Shown here: one piece after another, positions 15,332-24,920 of the stretch
How positions within the stretch are numbered: position 1 is the stretch's first letter
Layout of the letters: each line of letters starts with the position of its first letter
DNA from: Psychrobacter sp. DM4
GTDB taxonomy: Bacteria; Pseudomonadota; Gammaproteobacteria; Pseudomonadales; Moraxellaceae
Reading direction: 5' to 3'
DNA: 32,000 bases
Assembly (NCBI RefSeq): GCF_051307035.1
Contig: NZ_CP195536.1
Location: forward strand, 1,110,001-1,142,000
Made by a program: the position numbers and the translations under genes
Notes under the pieces: model-generated
Database searches by the model: none
What the model saw: the letters and a program-made list of their open reading frames with translations, nothing else
Told to the model about the DNA's origin: nothing

Positions 15332-16909
15332 ATGACTGTTAAATCATCAGATATTCAATCGTTGGCCATTGTTGGCACGGGCATTATGGGCATGGGGATT
15401 GCCCAAATCGCAGCGCAAGCAGGGATTCAAGTAATGTTGTTCGATGCCAAATCAGGTGCTGCTGAGCAAGGACGCCAATCACTTCAAGCTATGCTCGAGA
15501 AACTAGCCGCTAAAGGTAAATTTACCGAGGAGCAGCTACAAGCGACTTTGGCTAATCTGATAGTGATTGAAGATATAGCCAAAGTTGCCAAAGTAGATAT
15601 CGTCATTGAAGCGATTATCGAGAATTTAGAAATAAAAAAACAGCTGTTTAAACAGCTAGAAAGCATTGTTCCTGCCGAAACAATTTTAGCAACCAATACT
15701 TCATCGCTCGCGGTAACCTCAATTGCTTCTGATTGCGAGCACCCAGAGCGCGTAGCAGGATTTCACTTCTTTAATCCAGTACCGTTAATGAAAATTGTTG
15801 AAGTGATTCCAGGGCTCTCTACTGACCACCGTGTTGTAGAGACGCTTACTGATCTAGCCAAACGCATGGGTCATCTAGGCGTCGTTGCAAAAGATACGCC
15901 AGGGTTTATTGTCAATCATGGCGGTAGAGCTTATGGCACAGAAGCCTTAAAAATACTAGGCGAGGGCGTGGCTAGTTTTGAGGACATTGATCGTATTTTG
16001 CGTGATGGCGCAGGTTTTCGTATGGGGCCGTTTGAGCTGCTCGATCTCACGGGTATCGATGTTTCACATCCCGTTATGGAATCAATTTATAATCAGTATT
16101 ACTTTGAGCCGCGCTATCGCCCGCATCCCTTGACCCGTCAAATGCTAGAGGGTAACAAGCTGGGCCGTAAAGTTGGTGAGGGCTTTTATCACTACATCGA
16201 AAACAAAAAACAAGACCGTCAAAAAGCGACCACTGATACGGCTAAAACATCATCCTACAAAACAGAAACTAATTTTGCAAACCTATCAGTTTGGATTGGT
16301 GCAGATCTAGCGGCGAATAAGCAAGAATTAGTTGATTATTTAGGTGCTAGTAACGTAACTATCGATGATAGTGATAAGCCAAACCCTGATAGTTTGGTGT
16401 TACTGGCAATTTATGGCGAGGATACCACCAACGCCGCCATCCGCTATCAGGTTAATCCAAAGCAAGCAGTCGCCATCGATATGCTAACGGACTTATCTCG
16501 TCATCGCACCCTTATGCCAAGTATCGTCACAGAGGATAGATTTGTAGCGCAAGCATATGCTCTATTTGGTAACAGCTCTGATGATACTATCGATGCTACG
16601 ATCATTACTGAAAGCACAGGCTTTGTGGCGCAGCGAGTCGTGGCTATGGTAATTAATTTAGGCTGTGATATTGCTATGCAAGGTATCGCCACACCAAAGG
16701 ATATCGACAATGCCGTCAAGCTTGGCTTAGGATATCCATATGGGCCTATCTCATGGGGTGACGCGCTTGGAGCCGAGCGTATTTTACTTATCTTAGAGCG
16801 TATTTATGGGTTAACCGGTGATCCGCGTTACCGTCCAAGTCCATGGTTGCAACGCCGTGCTAAACTCGGTATCTCCTTATTCACTCAGCAGCGCAATCGT
16901 GAACGCTAG
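15332..16909 (+). CDS. 3-hydroxyacyl-CoA dehydrogenase, long (525 aa) PaaH-like form
   Basis: It has an N-terminal Rossmann motif (VGTGIMGMGIAQ) and the HFFNP motif. The extended C-terminus appears to repeat the HADH C-terminal domain (GFVAQRV...LGLGYPYGP). Confidence 0.9.
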   Translation: MTVKSSDIQSLAIVGTGIMGMGIAQIAAQAGIQVMLFDAKSGAAEQGRQSLQAMLEKLAAKGKFTEEQLQATLANLIVIEDIAKVAKVDIVIEAIIENLEIKKQLFKQLESIVPAETILATNTSSLAVTSIASDCEHPERVAGFHFFNPVPLMKIVEVIPGLSTDHRVVETLTDLAKRMGHLGVVAKDTPGFIVNHGGRAYGTEALKILGEGVASFEDIDRILRDGAGFRMGPFELLDLTGIDVSHPVMESIYNQYYFEPRYRPHPLTRQMLEGNKLGRKVGEGFYHYIENKKQDRQKATTDTAKTSSYKTETNFANLSVWIGADLAANKQELVDYLGASNVTIDDSDKPNPDSLVLLAIYGEDTTNAAIRYQVNPKQAVAIDMLTDLSRHRTLMPSIVTEDRFVAQAYALFGNSSDDTIDATIITESTGFVAQRVVAMVINLGCDIAMQGIATPKDIDNAVKLGLGYPYGPISWGDALGAERILLILERIYGLTGDPRYRPSPWLQRRAKLGISLFTQQRNRER

Positions 16910-16992
16910 ATTGCTGATGCTAAGAGATAGACCAATTTAATAAACTTTATATGTTAATGATGCAAATTCTCTAAACACAACAAGGAAACGTG

Positions 16993-18195
16993 ATGTTAAA
17001 TGCTTATATATATGATGGATTAAGAAGCCCTTTTGGTCGCCATGGTGGCGCGCTTGCAACCGTGCGCCCTGATGACATGATCGCAACCGTGATAAAAGCT
17101 TTGGTTGAAAAGCACCAATTGCCCAGCGACATCTTTGATGAAGTACTCATCGGTAATACCAATCAAGCAGGGGAGGACTCACGTAACATTGCTCGCAATG
17201 CGGCACTGCTCGCAGGATTAGATGTCACAACGCCCGGTCAAACGGTCAATCGCCTATGTGCGTCAGGGCTATCTACGGTCATCGATGCCGCGCGCAGTAT
17301 CACTTGTCATGAAGGTGACATATTTTTGGCAGGTGGCGTTGAGTCCATGACCCGCGCGCCGTTTGTATTTGCGAAGACCGAGCAGCCCTTTAGTCGCGAC
17401 TTTAAAGTATTTGATACCACTATCGGCAGCCGCTTCCCCAATCCTATTTTGATCAAAGAGTTTGGTGGCGATAGCATGCCGCAAACCGGTGATAATGTCG
17501 CTCGCAAATATGGAATTACTCGCGAGCAAGCTGACAAATTTGCCGCCGCTTCGCAAGCGAAATACCAAGCCGCCAAACAATCAGGTTTCTTTGACGATGA
17601 AATAACACCAATTATGGTGTCGCAAGGTAAAAAGTTACCCAACAAAGCGATAGTGGAGGATGAGCATCCTCGCGCCAGCTCTACTGTGGAAGCACTGCAA
17701 AAGCTCAGACCATTAAATGAAAATGGCATAGTCACGGCAGGTAACGCATCAGGTATCAATGATGGCGCAGCGGCGCTTATTATTGGCTCAAAGCAAGCAG
17801 AAGAGCAGCTAGGCTTTAAGCCTATTGCCAAAATTCTATCCTCTGGCGCTATGGGGGTTGAGCCAAATATAATGGGCGTAGGCCCTGTTGAGGCGATTAA
17901 ACTGGCATTGAAACGTGCTGATTTGACCCTTGATGATATGTCCATCATTGAGATTAATGAAGCATTTGCATCCCAAGTACTAGGCTGCCTAAAAGGGTTG
18001 GATATTGATTTTGATGATAAGCGTGTTAATCCGAACGGCGGGGCGATTGCCGTTGGACATCCGCTTGGCGCATCAGGCGCTCGCATAGCGTTAAGTACCG
18101 CGCGCGAGCTACAGCGTACCGGCGAAAGATACGCGGTAGTCAGTTTATGTATTGGTATAGGTCAAGGGCTTGCTATGGTCATAGAGCGAGTATGA
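16993..18195 (+). CDS. Acetyl-CoA C-acyltransferase / 3-oxoadipyl-CoA thiolase-like (PcaF/PaaJ type)
   Basis: Thiolase motifs are present (NRLCASGL, NEAFASQ, GGAIAVGHPLGASG, CIGIGQG). The N-terminus is PcaF/PaaJ-like (RSPFGRHGGALATVRPDD). The ATG at 16993 has AAGGA 6 nt upstream. Confidence 0.92.
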   Translation: MLNAYIYDGLRSPFGRHGGALATVRPDDMIATVIKALVEKHQLPSDIFDEVLIGNTNQAGEDSRNIARNAALLAGLDVTTPGQTVNRLCASGLSTVIDAARSITCHEGDIFLAGGVESMTRAPFVFAKTEQPFSRDFKVFDTTIGSRFPNPILIKEFGGDSMPQTGDNVARKYGITREQADKFAAASQAKYQAAKQSGFFDDEITPIMVSQGKKLPNKAIVEDEHPRASSTVEALQKLRPLNENGIVTAGNASGINDGAAALIIGSKQAEEQLGFKPIAKILSSGAMGVEPNIMGVGPVEAIKLALKRADLTLDDMSIIEINEAFASQVLGCLKGLDIDFDDKRVNPNGGAIAVGHPLGASGARIALSTARELQRTGERYAVVSLCIGIGQGLAMVIERV

Positions 18196-18240
18196 GCTAT
18201 TGAGGTAACTAGTCTAGACTGCTAAAAAGTGTCCATGATA

Positions 18241-18275
18241 AAAGGCTTGACGCATCTGCGAACAGGCCTTTTTTT
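18241..18275 (+). terminator. Rho-independent terminator after the thiolase gene
   Basis: AAAGGCTTG pairs with CAGGCCTTT (one G-U wobble) and runs into a 7-T tract. Confidence 0.55.
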
Positions 18276-18382
18276 ATGATATCCATAGGATGGACCTATA
18301 TTGGGTATAGATAGTTTGAACACTTTTTATAAGGCACGCTCTAAACAGGCTGCTTGATTAAAACACTAGATCAGAAAGATGT

Positions 18383-18418
18383 GCTGATGCTATGCATAAT
18401 GCTGATGTTATGTATAAT
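18383..18418 (+). repeat. Tandem 18-bp direct repeat duplicating a -10-like hexamer upstream of the malic enzyme gene
   Basis: GCTGATGCTATGCATAAT (18383-18400) is followed directly by GCTGATGTTATGTATAAT (18401-18418). The two units match at 16 of 18 positions. Confidence 0.6.
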
Positions 18419-18468
18419 ATGGTGATAGCAAGCTTTTCACTCATATACTTTGATAAGAATATTATATT

Positions 18469-20151
18469 ATGCTAAATCAACGTCCATTATATATCCCCTT
18501 TGCAGGGCCCATACTATTAGAAACTCCATTACTAAATAAGGGTAGCGCTTTTTCCTTGGAGGAGCGTGATAGCTTTAACTTAACCGGATTACTACCTCAT
18601 AATATCGAGACGATTGAAGAGCAATCTCTGCGCGCTTATCATCAAATGAGCTCCTTTACTAGTGATATGGATAAGCATATCTACCTGCGTAATATACAAG
18701 ACACCAATGAAACCTTGTTCCACCATTTGGTTGAGCAGCATATTGAAGAAGTCATGCCGCTCATATATACCCCAACGGTCGGTCAAGCTTGCGAAAAATT
18801 CTCACAAATTTATCGCCGCAAACGCGGTATATTTATCTCTTATCCTGAGCGCCACAAAATCGATGATATGCTGCAAAATGCCACTAAACACAAAGTAAAA
18901 GTTATCGTGGTCACTGATGGTGAACGTATCTTGGGTCTGGGTGATCAAGGTATCGGTGGCATGGGTATTCCTATTGGTAAATTGTCCTTATATACCGCTT
19001 GTGGCGGTATTAGCCCGGCGTATTGTCTACCGATCTTGTTAGATGTCGGTACCAATAATCAACAACTGCTCGACGATCCTATGTACATGGGCTGGAGGAA
19101 TCCACGCATCTCTGGCGATGATTATAACGAATTTGTAGATCTATTTATTCAGGCTGTTAAGAGACGCTGGCCTGAAGCGCTAGTACAGTTTGAAGATTTT
19201 GCTCAAGAAAATGCGACGCCACTATTAAATAGATATCGCGATCAAATCTGCTGCTTTAATGATGATATTCAAGGAACTGCTGCGGTGTCGGTCGGTGCAT
19301 TGATTGCAGCATGTTTGAATAAAGGTGAAAAACTTAGTGAGCAAAAAATAGCATTTCTAGGTGCAGGATCAGCGGGCTGCGGCATCGCCGAGCACATTAT
19401 TCGCCAAATGCAGCGTGAAGGGTTGTCTGAGGCGCAGGCGCGCAGTCAGGTATTTATGGTTGACCGTTATGGCCTGCTCACGGATGACATGACAGAATTG
19501 CAGGCATTCCAAACACCGTTGGTGCAAAAAGAGGTCAACATTGGACATTGGGATAAGAGTCAGAAACTTGGGCTTGCGCAAGTGGTTAGACAGGCGAAGA
19601 TTACCGTATTATTCGGCGTTAGCGGACAAAAAGGTCTGTTTACCCAAGAAGTGATCGAAACGCTATGCGCCAATACTAATAAACCTATTGTACTACCGCT
19701 GTCAAACCCAACATCTCGCGTTGAGGCCACACCGCAAGAGATTACCAATTGGAGTCGTGGTCGCGCTATTATTGCAACGGGTAGTCCTTTTCCTCATACC
19801 ACCTTTGACGGTCGGACCTTTGAGGTGTCTCAGTGTAATAACAGCTATATATTTCCAGGTATTGGCTTAGGGGTGCTCATATCGCGGGCAACCGGAATCA
19901 GCGATAATATGCTCATGGCGGCAAGTCAAGCGCTTGCAGACATCTCGGTAGAGTATGAAAAAGCACCTGGTGCCATATTGCCACCTATCAGAGTCATTAA
20001 AGAGATCAGTGAAAAAATAGCTTACGCAGTAGCATTACAAGCGGTTCAAGACAAACTTTCTCTACCCATAACGATAGAGAATTTAGAACGTCGATTAAAA
20101 TCTAATTTTTGGCTGCCCCAATACCGTAACTACCGTCGTACTTCTTTTTAG
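18469..20151 (+). CDS. maeA: NAD-dependent malic enzyme
   Basis: The N-terminus closely parallels E. coli MaeA/SfcA ([27 protein letters not shown]...IETIEEQ). The length (560 aa) fits, and [10 protein letters not shown] and other malic enzyme motifs are present. Confidence 0.93.
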   Translation: MLNQRPLYIPFAGPILLETPLLNKGSAFSLEERDSFNLTGLLPHNIETIEEQSLRAYHQMSSFTSDMDKHIYLRNIQDTNETLFHHLVEQHIEEVMPLIYTPTVGQACEKFSQIYRRKRGIFISYPERHKIDDMLQNATKHKVKVIVVTDGERILGLGDQGIGGMGIPIGKLSLYTACGGISPAYCLPILLDVGTNNQQLLDDPMYMGWRNPRISGDDYNEFVDLFIQAVKRRWPEALVQFEDFAQENATPLLNRYRDQICCFNDDIQGTAAVSVGALIAACLNKGEKLSEQKIAFLGAGSAGCGIAEHIIRQMQREGLSEAQARSQVFMVDRYGLLTDDMTELQAFQTPLVQKEVNIGHWDKSQKLGLAQVVRQAKITVLFGVSGQKGLFTQEVIETLCANTNKPIVLPLSNPTSRVEATPQEITNWSRGRAIIATGSPFPHTTFDGRTFEVSQCNNSYIFPGIGLGVLISRATGISDNMLMAASQALADISVEYEKAPGAILPPIRVIKEISEKIAYAVALQAVQDKLSLPITIENLERRLKSNFWLPQYRNYRRTSF

Positions 20152-20325
20152 GTTTATAGCCTATAGTATGTATTTGATCTGAATCAATAACCATTAGTAG
20201 GCTAAAAGGGCTATATTTTCGTCATCCTTTGCAGATCTCTAGACAGTACATCTATATTTTCTGCTGAGTTTGTTTTGACTGATAAAAACTTATCTCTGTG
20301 TTCAAAATGAGAACTTGCCCTAGTG

Positions 20326-20364
20326 AAAAAGTCGAATATTACTAGAAGTAGTATCTGACTTTTT
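20326..20364. terminator. Bidirectional intrinsic terminator in the convergent gap
   Basis: A 13-bp stem joins 20331-20343 to 20347-20359 (1 mismatch, 2 G-U pairs) around a 3-nt loop. It is flanked by A5 upstream and T6 downstream. Confidence 0.55.
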
Positions 20365-20504
20365 TATTACATTAACTTTAATAATCCTAAATTCCATACA
20401 ATAAAAAACCTTTACGAGAAGCGATGACTAGGGTCGATAATCAACTGCTGACCCTGCACCATATTCGTATCTATCTGATCTAACAATTTGATTATTAATA
20501 AGAT

Positions 20505-20975
20505 TTAAGTGTCTGTGTTAGACGTCGAAAAATAACGCTCGATATCCGCACGGGTTAACGCTTCAAGTTTATCGGGATGCCACTTCGGTGAGCCATCTTT
20601 ATCAACCAATACCGCACGTACTCCTTCATAGAAGTCAGGGGTATCCATAAAATGAATAGCCATGTTCTTTTCCATCTCAAGGCATTCCTCAAGCGATTTA
20701 TCTTTACCATTGATGAGCTGCTGCAAAGTTACCTTTAACGAAGTTGGTGATTTCAAAAGAATGGATTCTAATGCTAGTACTGCCCATTCATTGCCATTAG
20801 CAGCTCCATCCTCTAGCGATGTCACTATCTCCTCAATCGTGTCATATTGAAAATGATGACTTATGTCATCTTGGTTGGCTTTCAGCTCTGCAATATTTGC
20901 TGATTTAGTAGTATTTGAAGCAAAGAAGGCATTGAGATCTTGATCAATTGAGGCCTGTGACCACGTCTGAGTGAG
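20505..20975 (-). pseudogene. 3-hydroxyisobutyryl-CoA hydrolase (ECH_2/HIBCH type), C-terminal remnant only
   Basis: The translation SPTSLKVTLQQLINGKDKSLEECLEMEKNMAIHFMDTPDFYEGVRAVLVDKDGSPKWHP closely matches the HIBCH C-terminal region. The homologous frame stays open upstream, without a start codon, to an in-frame TAA at 20976-20978. The N-terminal crotonase domain of about 200 aa is absent. Confidence 0.7.
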
Positions 20976-21020
20976 TTATTTTATTTAAGCTATACAGAAT
21001 TAAATTTGTTATAAAAAAAT

Positions 21021-21072
21021 AAAGCATGATGACCGCTACATATCAAAATAAGTATAACGATAACCATGCTTT
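21021..21072 (-). terminator. Possible terminator after the enoyl-CoA hydratase gene
   Basis: AAAGCATG (21021-21028) pairs with CATGCTTT (21065-21072). On the minus strand it is followed by ATTTTTTTAT. The 36-nt loop is large, so this is a weak call. Confidence 0.35.
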
Positions 21073-21101
21073 GGGTTAAGATTACTGACAATTCTAAAAA
21101 T

Positions 21102-21893
21102 TTACCCTTTGAAATCAGGCTTACGCTTTTCCATAAAGGCATTCACGCCTTCGACCATATTTTCTGTCTCAAATAGCTGCACCCATTGCTCAGCTTCAAT
21201 CTCTAAGCCTTTATCCAAAGTGGTTGCCATCCCTTCGTTGACAGCTATAATCGTTGCTTTGACAGATTCGGCGCTTTTGTTAAGAGCAATAGACTCAGCG
21301 AGTTTTTTGGTCTCATCCATCAATTCAGCGAGGGGCACTGATTTATTCACTAGGCCGATTTTTTCAGCCTCTTGACCACCGATAAATCGACCCGTCAGGA
21401 TTAGCTCCAAGGCTTTAGCTTTATTAATAATGCGGGCTAACCTTTGAGTGCCACCGAATCCAGGTATCAGACCTAGATTTAGCTCTGGCTGACCTAGCTT
21501 GGCTTCATCAGCGGCAAGACGCAAATGACAACTCATAGCAAGCTCTAATCCGCCACCCAAACAAGCGCCATTAATAGTGGCGATAACAGGCTTAGTGGAT
21601 GCCTCAATAGTATTCATAACGGCTTGAGCATCTTGTGATAGTTTTTTGCCTTTTTGAGCATCATTAAACGCTTTGGTGAACTCTTTGATGTCTGCACCAG
21701 CGACGAACATTTTACCTGTACCTGTTATGACGATTACCTTGACACTTTGATCAGCTTGCGCAGATTTAAAACATTCAGATAGTCCGTTAAGTGTAGTTGT
21801 ACTTAATGTATTAGCAGGTGGACTATTAATAGATATATAACCTACCTGATTTTCTACACTGAAATCGATATTTTCGAAAGTTTGATTTTGCAT
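21102..21893 (-). CDS. Enoyl-CoA hydratase (crotonase family)
   Basis: Crotonase motifs are present (FVAGADIKEF, NGACLGGGLELAMSCH, GLIPGFGGTQRL, EGVNAFMEKRKPDF). Confidence 0.9.
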   Translation of the reverse strand: MQNQTFENIDFSVENQVGYISINSPPANTLSTTTLNGLSECFKSAQADQSVKVIVITGTGKMFVAGADIKEFTKAFNDAQKGKKLSQDAQAVMNTIEASTKPVIATINGACLGGGLELAMSCHLRLAADEAKLGQPELNLGLIPGFGGTQRLARIINKAKALELILTGRFIGGQEAEKIGLVNKSVPLAELMDETKKLAESIALNKSAESVKATIIAVNEGMATTLDKGLEIEAEQWVQLFETENMVEGVNAFMEKRKPDFKG

Positions 21894-21949
21894 GGTGTTT
21901 TACCTTATTAAAGTTATGTTCAAAAAATTTTACTTATAAAAGACGACTG

Positions 21950-23440
21950 TTAAGTCGGCATAGAGAATTGCTTCTCTTCTCGCAATGCCGCACTAGGCCA
22001 GCGCTGCGTCACTGTTTTACGTCGAGTAAAGAATCTTACGCCATCTGGACCGTACATAGCCAAATCACCAAATAGTGAACGCTTCCAGCCGCCAAAGCTT
22101 TGCGATGCTACAGGTACGGGTAGTGGAATGTTGACGCCAACCATACCGACTTGAATAGTATCGATAAAATGACGCGCAGCTTCTCCGTCGCGAGTATAAA
22201 TACACGTGCCATTTCCATATTCATGGTCATTTATAAGCTGTACTGCCTCATCCATGGTCTGTACACGCATAACCTGTAAGACAGGACCAAAAATTTCGGC
22301 CTCGTAGCTGTGCATCTCTTTGGTGACATGGTCAATAAGAGTTGGACCCACAAAGAATCCTTGCTCGTAGCCTTCTGACGCGGCTTCAGAGCCGTCGATA
22401 ACGAGCTTGGCACCTTGATCGGTAGCACTTTTGATATGCTCTAGGATCTTCGATTTGTGTGCCTCTGTGATGACAGGGCCAAAGTCGTTGTGTTTATCTG
22501 AATGCACACCAAATTTGAGCGCTTCAATAGCAGGTTGCAATGCCGCAATCATTTTGTCAGCAGTCTCATCACCGACTGCAACGGCTACAGACAGCGCCAT
22601 ACAACGCTCACCTGATGAGCCAAAAGCGGCGCCTAAAAGTGATGTCACTACATTATCCAAGTCGGCATCCGGCATGACAATCGCATGGTTCTTTGCACCG
22701 CCAAGTGCTTGGCAGCGTTTGCCTTGTGCAGCGGCTGTCGTATAGATGTATTCAGCGATAGGGGTTGAGCCCACGAAGCTAACGGCTTTGACATCGGGAT
22801 GATGTAAAATAGCATCGACGGCTTCTTTACCACCATTGACGACATTGATGACGCCATCTGGCAAGCCCGCTTCTTGTAGCAGCTGCGCGATAAACAATGT
22901 GGCACTGGGATCACGCTCAGAGGGTTTTAGTACAAAGGTATTACCGCACACAATAGCCATAGGGAACATCCACAGTGGTACCATCACAGGGAAGTTAAAG
23001 GGCGTGATGCCAGCGACGACGCCTAGCGGATGAAACTCACTCCAAGAGTCGATATCAGTACTCACATTGCGACTGTGCTCGCCTTTGAGTAATTCAGGTG
23101 CGCCGCACGCATATTCAACATTCTCAATGCCGCGTTGTAGCTCACCTGCCGCATCATGAACGATCTTTCCATGTTCTTCGCCGACTAGTCTGCATATTTC
23201 AACAGCATTTTGCTCTAACAGTTCTTTGAATTTGAACATGACACGAGCGCGTTTTACTGGTGGTGTTTTGCTCCATGCTGGAAAAGCTGCTTTAGCCGCA
23301 GCAACCGCTTCGCCGATTGTTTTTTCACCGCCTAGTGCCACTTGTTTGCTGATGTCACCTGTGGATGGGTTGTAAACCTCTTGAGCTTGGCTGTCATTAT
23401 TGACTAGGCTGCCGTTAATAAAATGTCCGATCGTTTGCAT
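21950..23440 (-). CDS. mmsA: Methylmalonate-semialdehyde dehydrogenase (CoA-acylating)
   Basis: The N-terminus is MmsA-type (GHFING...YNP.TG...A..A.AAF..WS.TPP..RARVMFKF). The protein is 496 aa and has the ALDH catalytic region GERCMA. Confidence 0.92.
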   Translation of the reverse strand: MQTIGHFINGSLVNNDSQAQEVYNPSTGDISKQVALGGEKTIGEAVAAAKAAFPAWSKTPPVKRARVMFKFKELLEQNAVEICRLVGEEHGKIVHDAAGELQRGIENVEYACGAPELLKGEHSRNVSTDIDSWSEFHPLGVVAGITPFNFPVMVPLWMFPMAIVCGNTFVLKPSERDPSATLFIAQLLQEAGLPDGVINVVNGGKEAVDAILHHPDVKAVSFVGSTPIAEYIYTTAAAQGKRCQALGGAKNHAIVMPDADLDNVVTSLLGAAFGSSGERCMALSVAVAVGDETADKMIAALQPAIEALKFGVHSDKHNDFGPVITEAHKSKILEHIKSATDQGAKLVIDGSEAASEGYEQGFFVGPTLIDHVTKEMHSYEAEIFGPVLQVMRVQTMDEAVQLINDHEYGNGTCIYTRDGEAARHFIDTIQVGMVGVNIPLPVPVASQSFGGWKRSLFGDLAMYGPDGVRFFTRRKTVTQRWPSAALREEKQFSMPT

Positions 23441-23523
23441 AATGTGTTCCTTTAAACGTTTTGGTGATAGGGGGATTAAAAATTAATAAGGACTACCTAA
23501 GTTCGGTGTATCAGCTCTGTGTA

Positions 23524-24714
23524 TCAGCTCGGTGCATTTTCAACCGAGTTGGTGTCATCCCATAGCAAGGTATAAAGCTGAATCATCTCTTCTAAACTAG
23601 GTATGCGAGGGTTATTATTAGGTGACCCTGAGGCGAATGCTTGTTCACACATTGTATCGATGAGCTCATCAAAATCTGCTCTTTGTACGCCAAATTCAGC
23701 GAGTGTCGGCACCTGCAATTCTTTATTTAAGTCTTTCAGATAAGTAACCAAGCTCACGTTTGCCTGATCATCAGTTTCACTAGAATCGGATACGCCCAAT
23801 GCACGTGCACAGTCCGCATAGCGAGCAGGCGCACTAGAGATACCGAACTCCGTGATAGTTGGTAGCAACATCGCATTCGACAATCCGTGCGGCACATGGA
23901 AAAAGGCTCCAATTGGACGACTCATACCGTGTACCAGTGCGACTGAAGAATTACAGAATGCAATACCGGCTAAAGTTGAGCCTAGCATCATTGCCTCACG
24001 CGCCGTCTCGTCTTTGCCATCGTGATAAGCGGTTTGGATATTGGGTCCGATAAGGCGTAAGGCGGCGAGCGCCTGTTGGTCGCTGTAAGCATTACGTTTG
24101 GGGCTGATATACGCCTCAATAGCATGAGTCATCGCATCAATGCCCGTATCTGCCGTCGTGCGCGGTGGTACGCTCATCGTTAGACTGTAATCGATAATAG
24201 CTGCTACTGGCATAAATCCCATACCCACACACAACAGCTTCTCGTTATTAGCGTCATCGGTAATGATGGTAAAGCGGGTTACTTCTGAGCCTGTGCCTGC
24301 GGTCGTGGGTATCGCGACAATAGGTAAGCCTGCCTCGTTCACTTGACGAGGAAATTTATAATCACGCATGACACCGCCGAACTTTCCTAGGATAGAGATG
24401 GCTTTGGCGCTGTCGATAGGACTGCCGCCGCCCAAGGCAATGAGTCCGTCGTAGTCTTGAGCTTTTACTAGCGACACACCTGCCGCGATAGAGCTTTCGG
24501 TAGGCTCTGGCACAGTATCTGAGAAGACATCGGCCACGATATTCATCGCTTTGAGGATAGCTTGTACATTATCAACGTAACCCAGTTTAACCATCATCTC
24601 ATCAGTGACGATAAGAGGTCTTTTTATACCTAAGCTGTCCAATATTGCTGGTAGATTCTGACAAGCATCGCGTCCGATTTCCATGGTTCTTGGTAGCAAG
24701 ATACTGTGTGACAT
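23524..24714 (-). CDS. Iron-containing (group III) alcohol dehydrogenase family oxidoreductase
   Basis: Fe-ADH motifs are present (GGGSPIDSAKA, PTTAGTGSE, DAMTHAIEAY, His-rich metal site HGMSRPIG...HG). Confidence 0.88.
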   Translation of the reverse strand: MSHSILLPRTMEIGRDACQNLPAILDSLGIKRPLIVTDEMMVKLGYVDNVQAILKAMNIVADVFSDTVPEPTESSIAAGVSLVKAQDYDGLIALGGGSPIDSAKAISILGKFGGVMRDYKFPRQVNEAGLPIVAIPTTAGTGSEVTRFTIITDDANNEKLLCVGMGFMPVAAIIDYSLTMSVPPRTTADTGIDAMTHAIEAYISPKRNAYSDQQALAALRLIGPNIQTAYHDGKDETAREAMMLGSTLAGIAFCNSSVALVHGMSRPIGAFFHVPHGLSNAMLLPTITEFGISSAPARYADCARALGVSDSSETDDQANVSLVTYLKDLNKELQVPTLAEFGVQRADFDELIDTMCEQAFASGSPNNNPRIPSLEEMIQLYTLLWDDTNSVENAPS

Positions 24715-24832
24715 AATTACTCATCCTTGTATTAACAGCTATTAATAAGAGTTTAGGTAAGTCGGTTATTCATCGTACAAACCGCATATTTAAATGGCTG
24801 CTTAAGTGACTGATATCAACTTAATAAATTCG

Positions 24833-24920
24833 TATAACGATAAAAATATTATCGATATGTAAAATTTAACAGATTATATTTATAATAGCAAGACGCAAAA
24901 GAATTAGTTTTATCGTTATA
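24833..24920. promoter_or_regulatory. Operator-like inverted repeats in the divergent Fe-ADH / IclR promoter region
   Basis: The 13-bp arms are perfect, TATAACGATAAAA (24833-24845) and TTTTATCGTTATA (24908-24920). There is also a local palindrome CGATAAaaataTTATCG (24838-24854). Confidence 0.5.

Noticed and set aside
17307-18086. A 259-aa ORF antisense to the thiolase gene
   Set aside because: It lies entirely within a well-supported thiolase CDS on the other strand. Its product is Ala/Ser/Pro-rich and low in complexity, as expected of a shadow ORF. It has no RBS context.
20152-20504. A possible small gene or sRNA in the 350-bp ORF-free gap between maeA and the hydrolase remnant
   Set aside because: The only convincing structure is the bidirectional terminator at 20326-20364. 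There is no ORF of 60 aa or more and no promoter-plus-terminator unit that I could define by eye.
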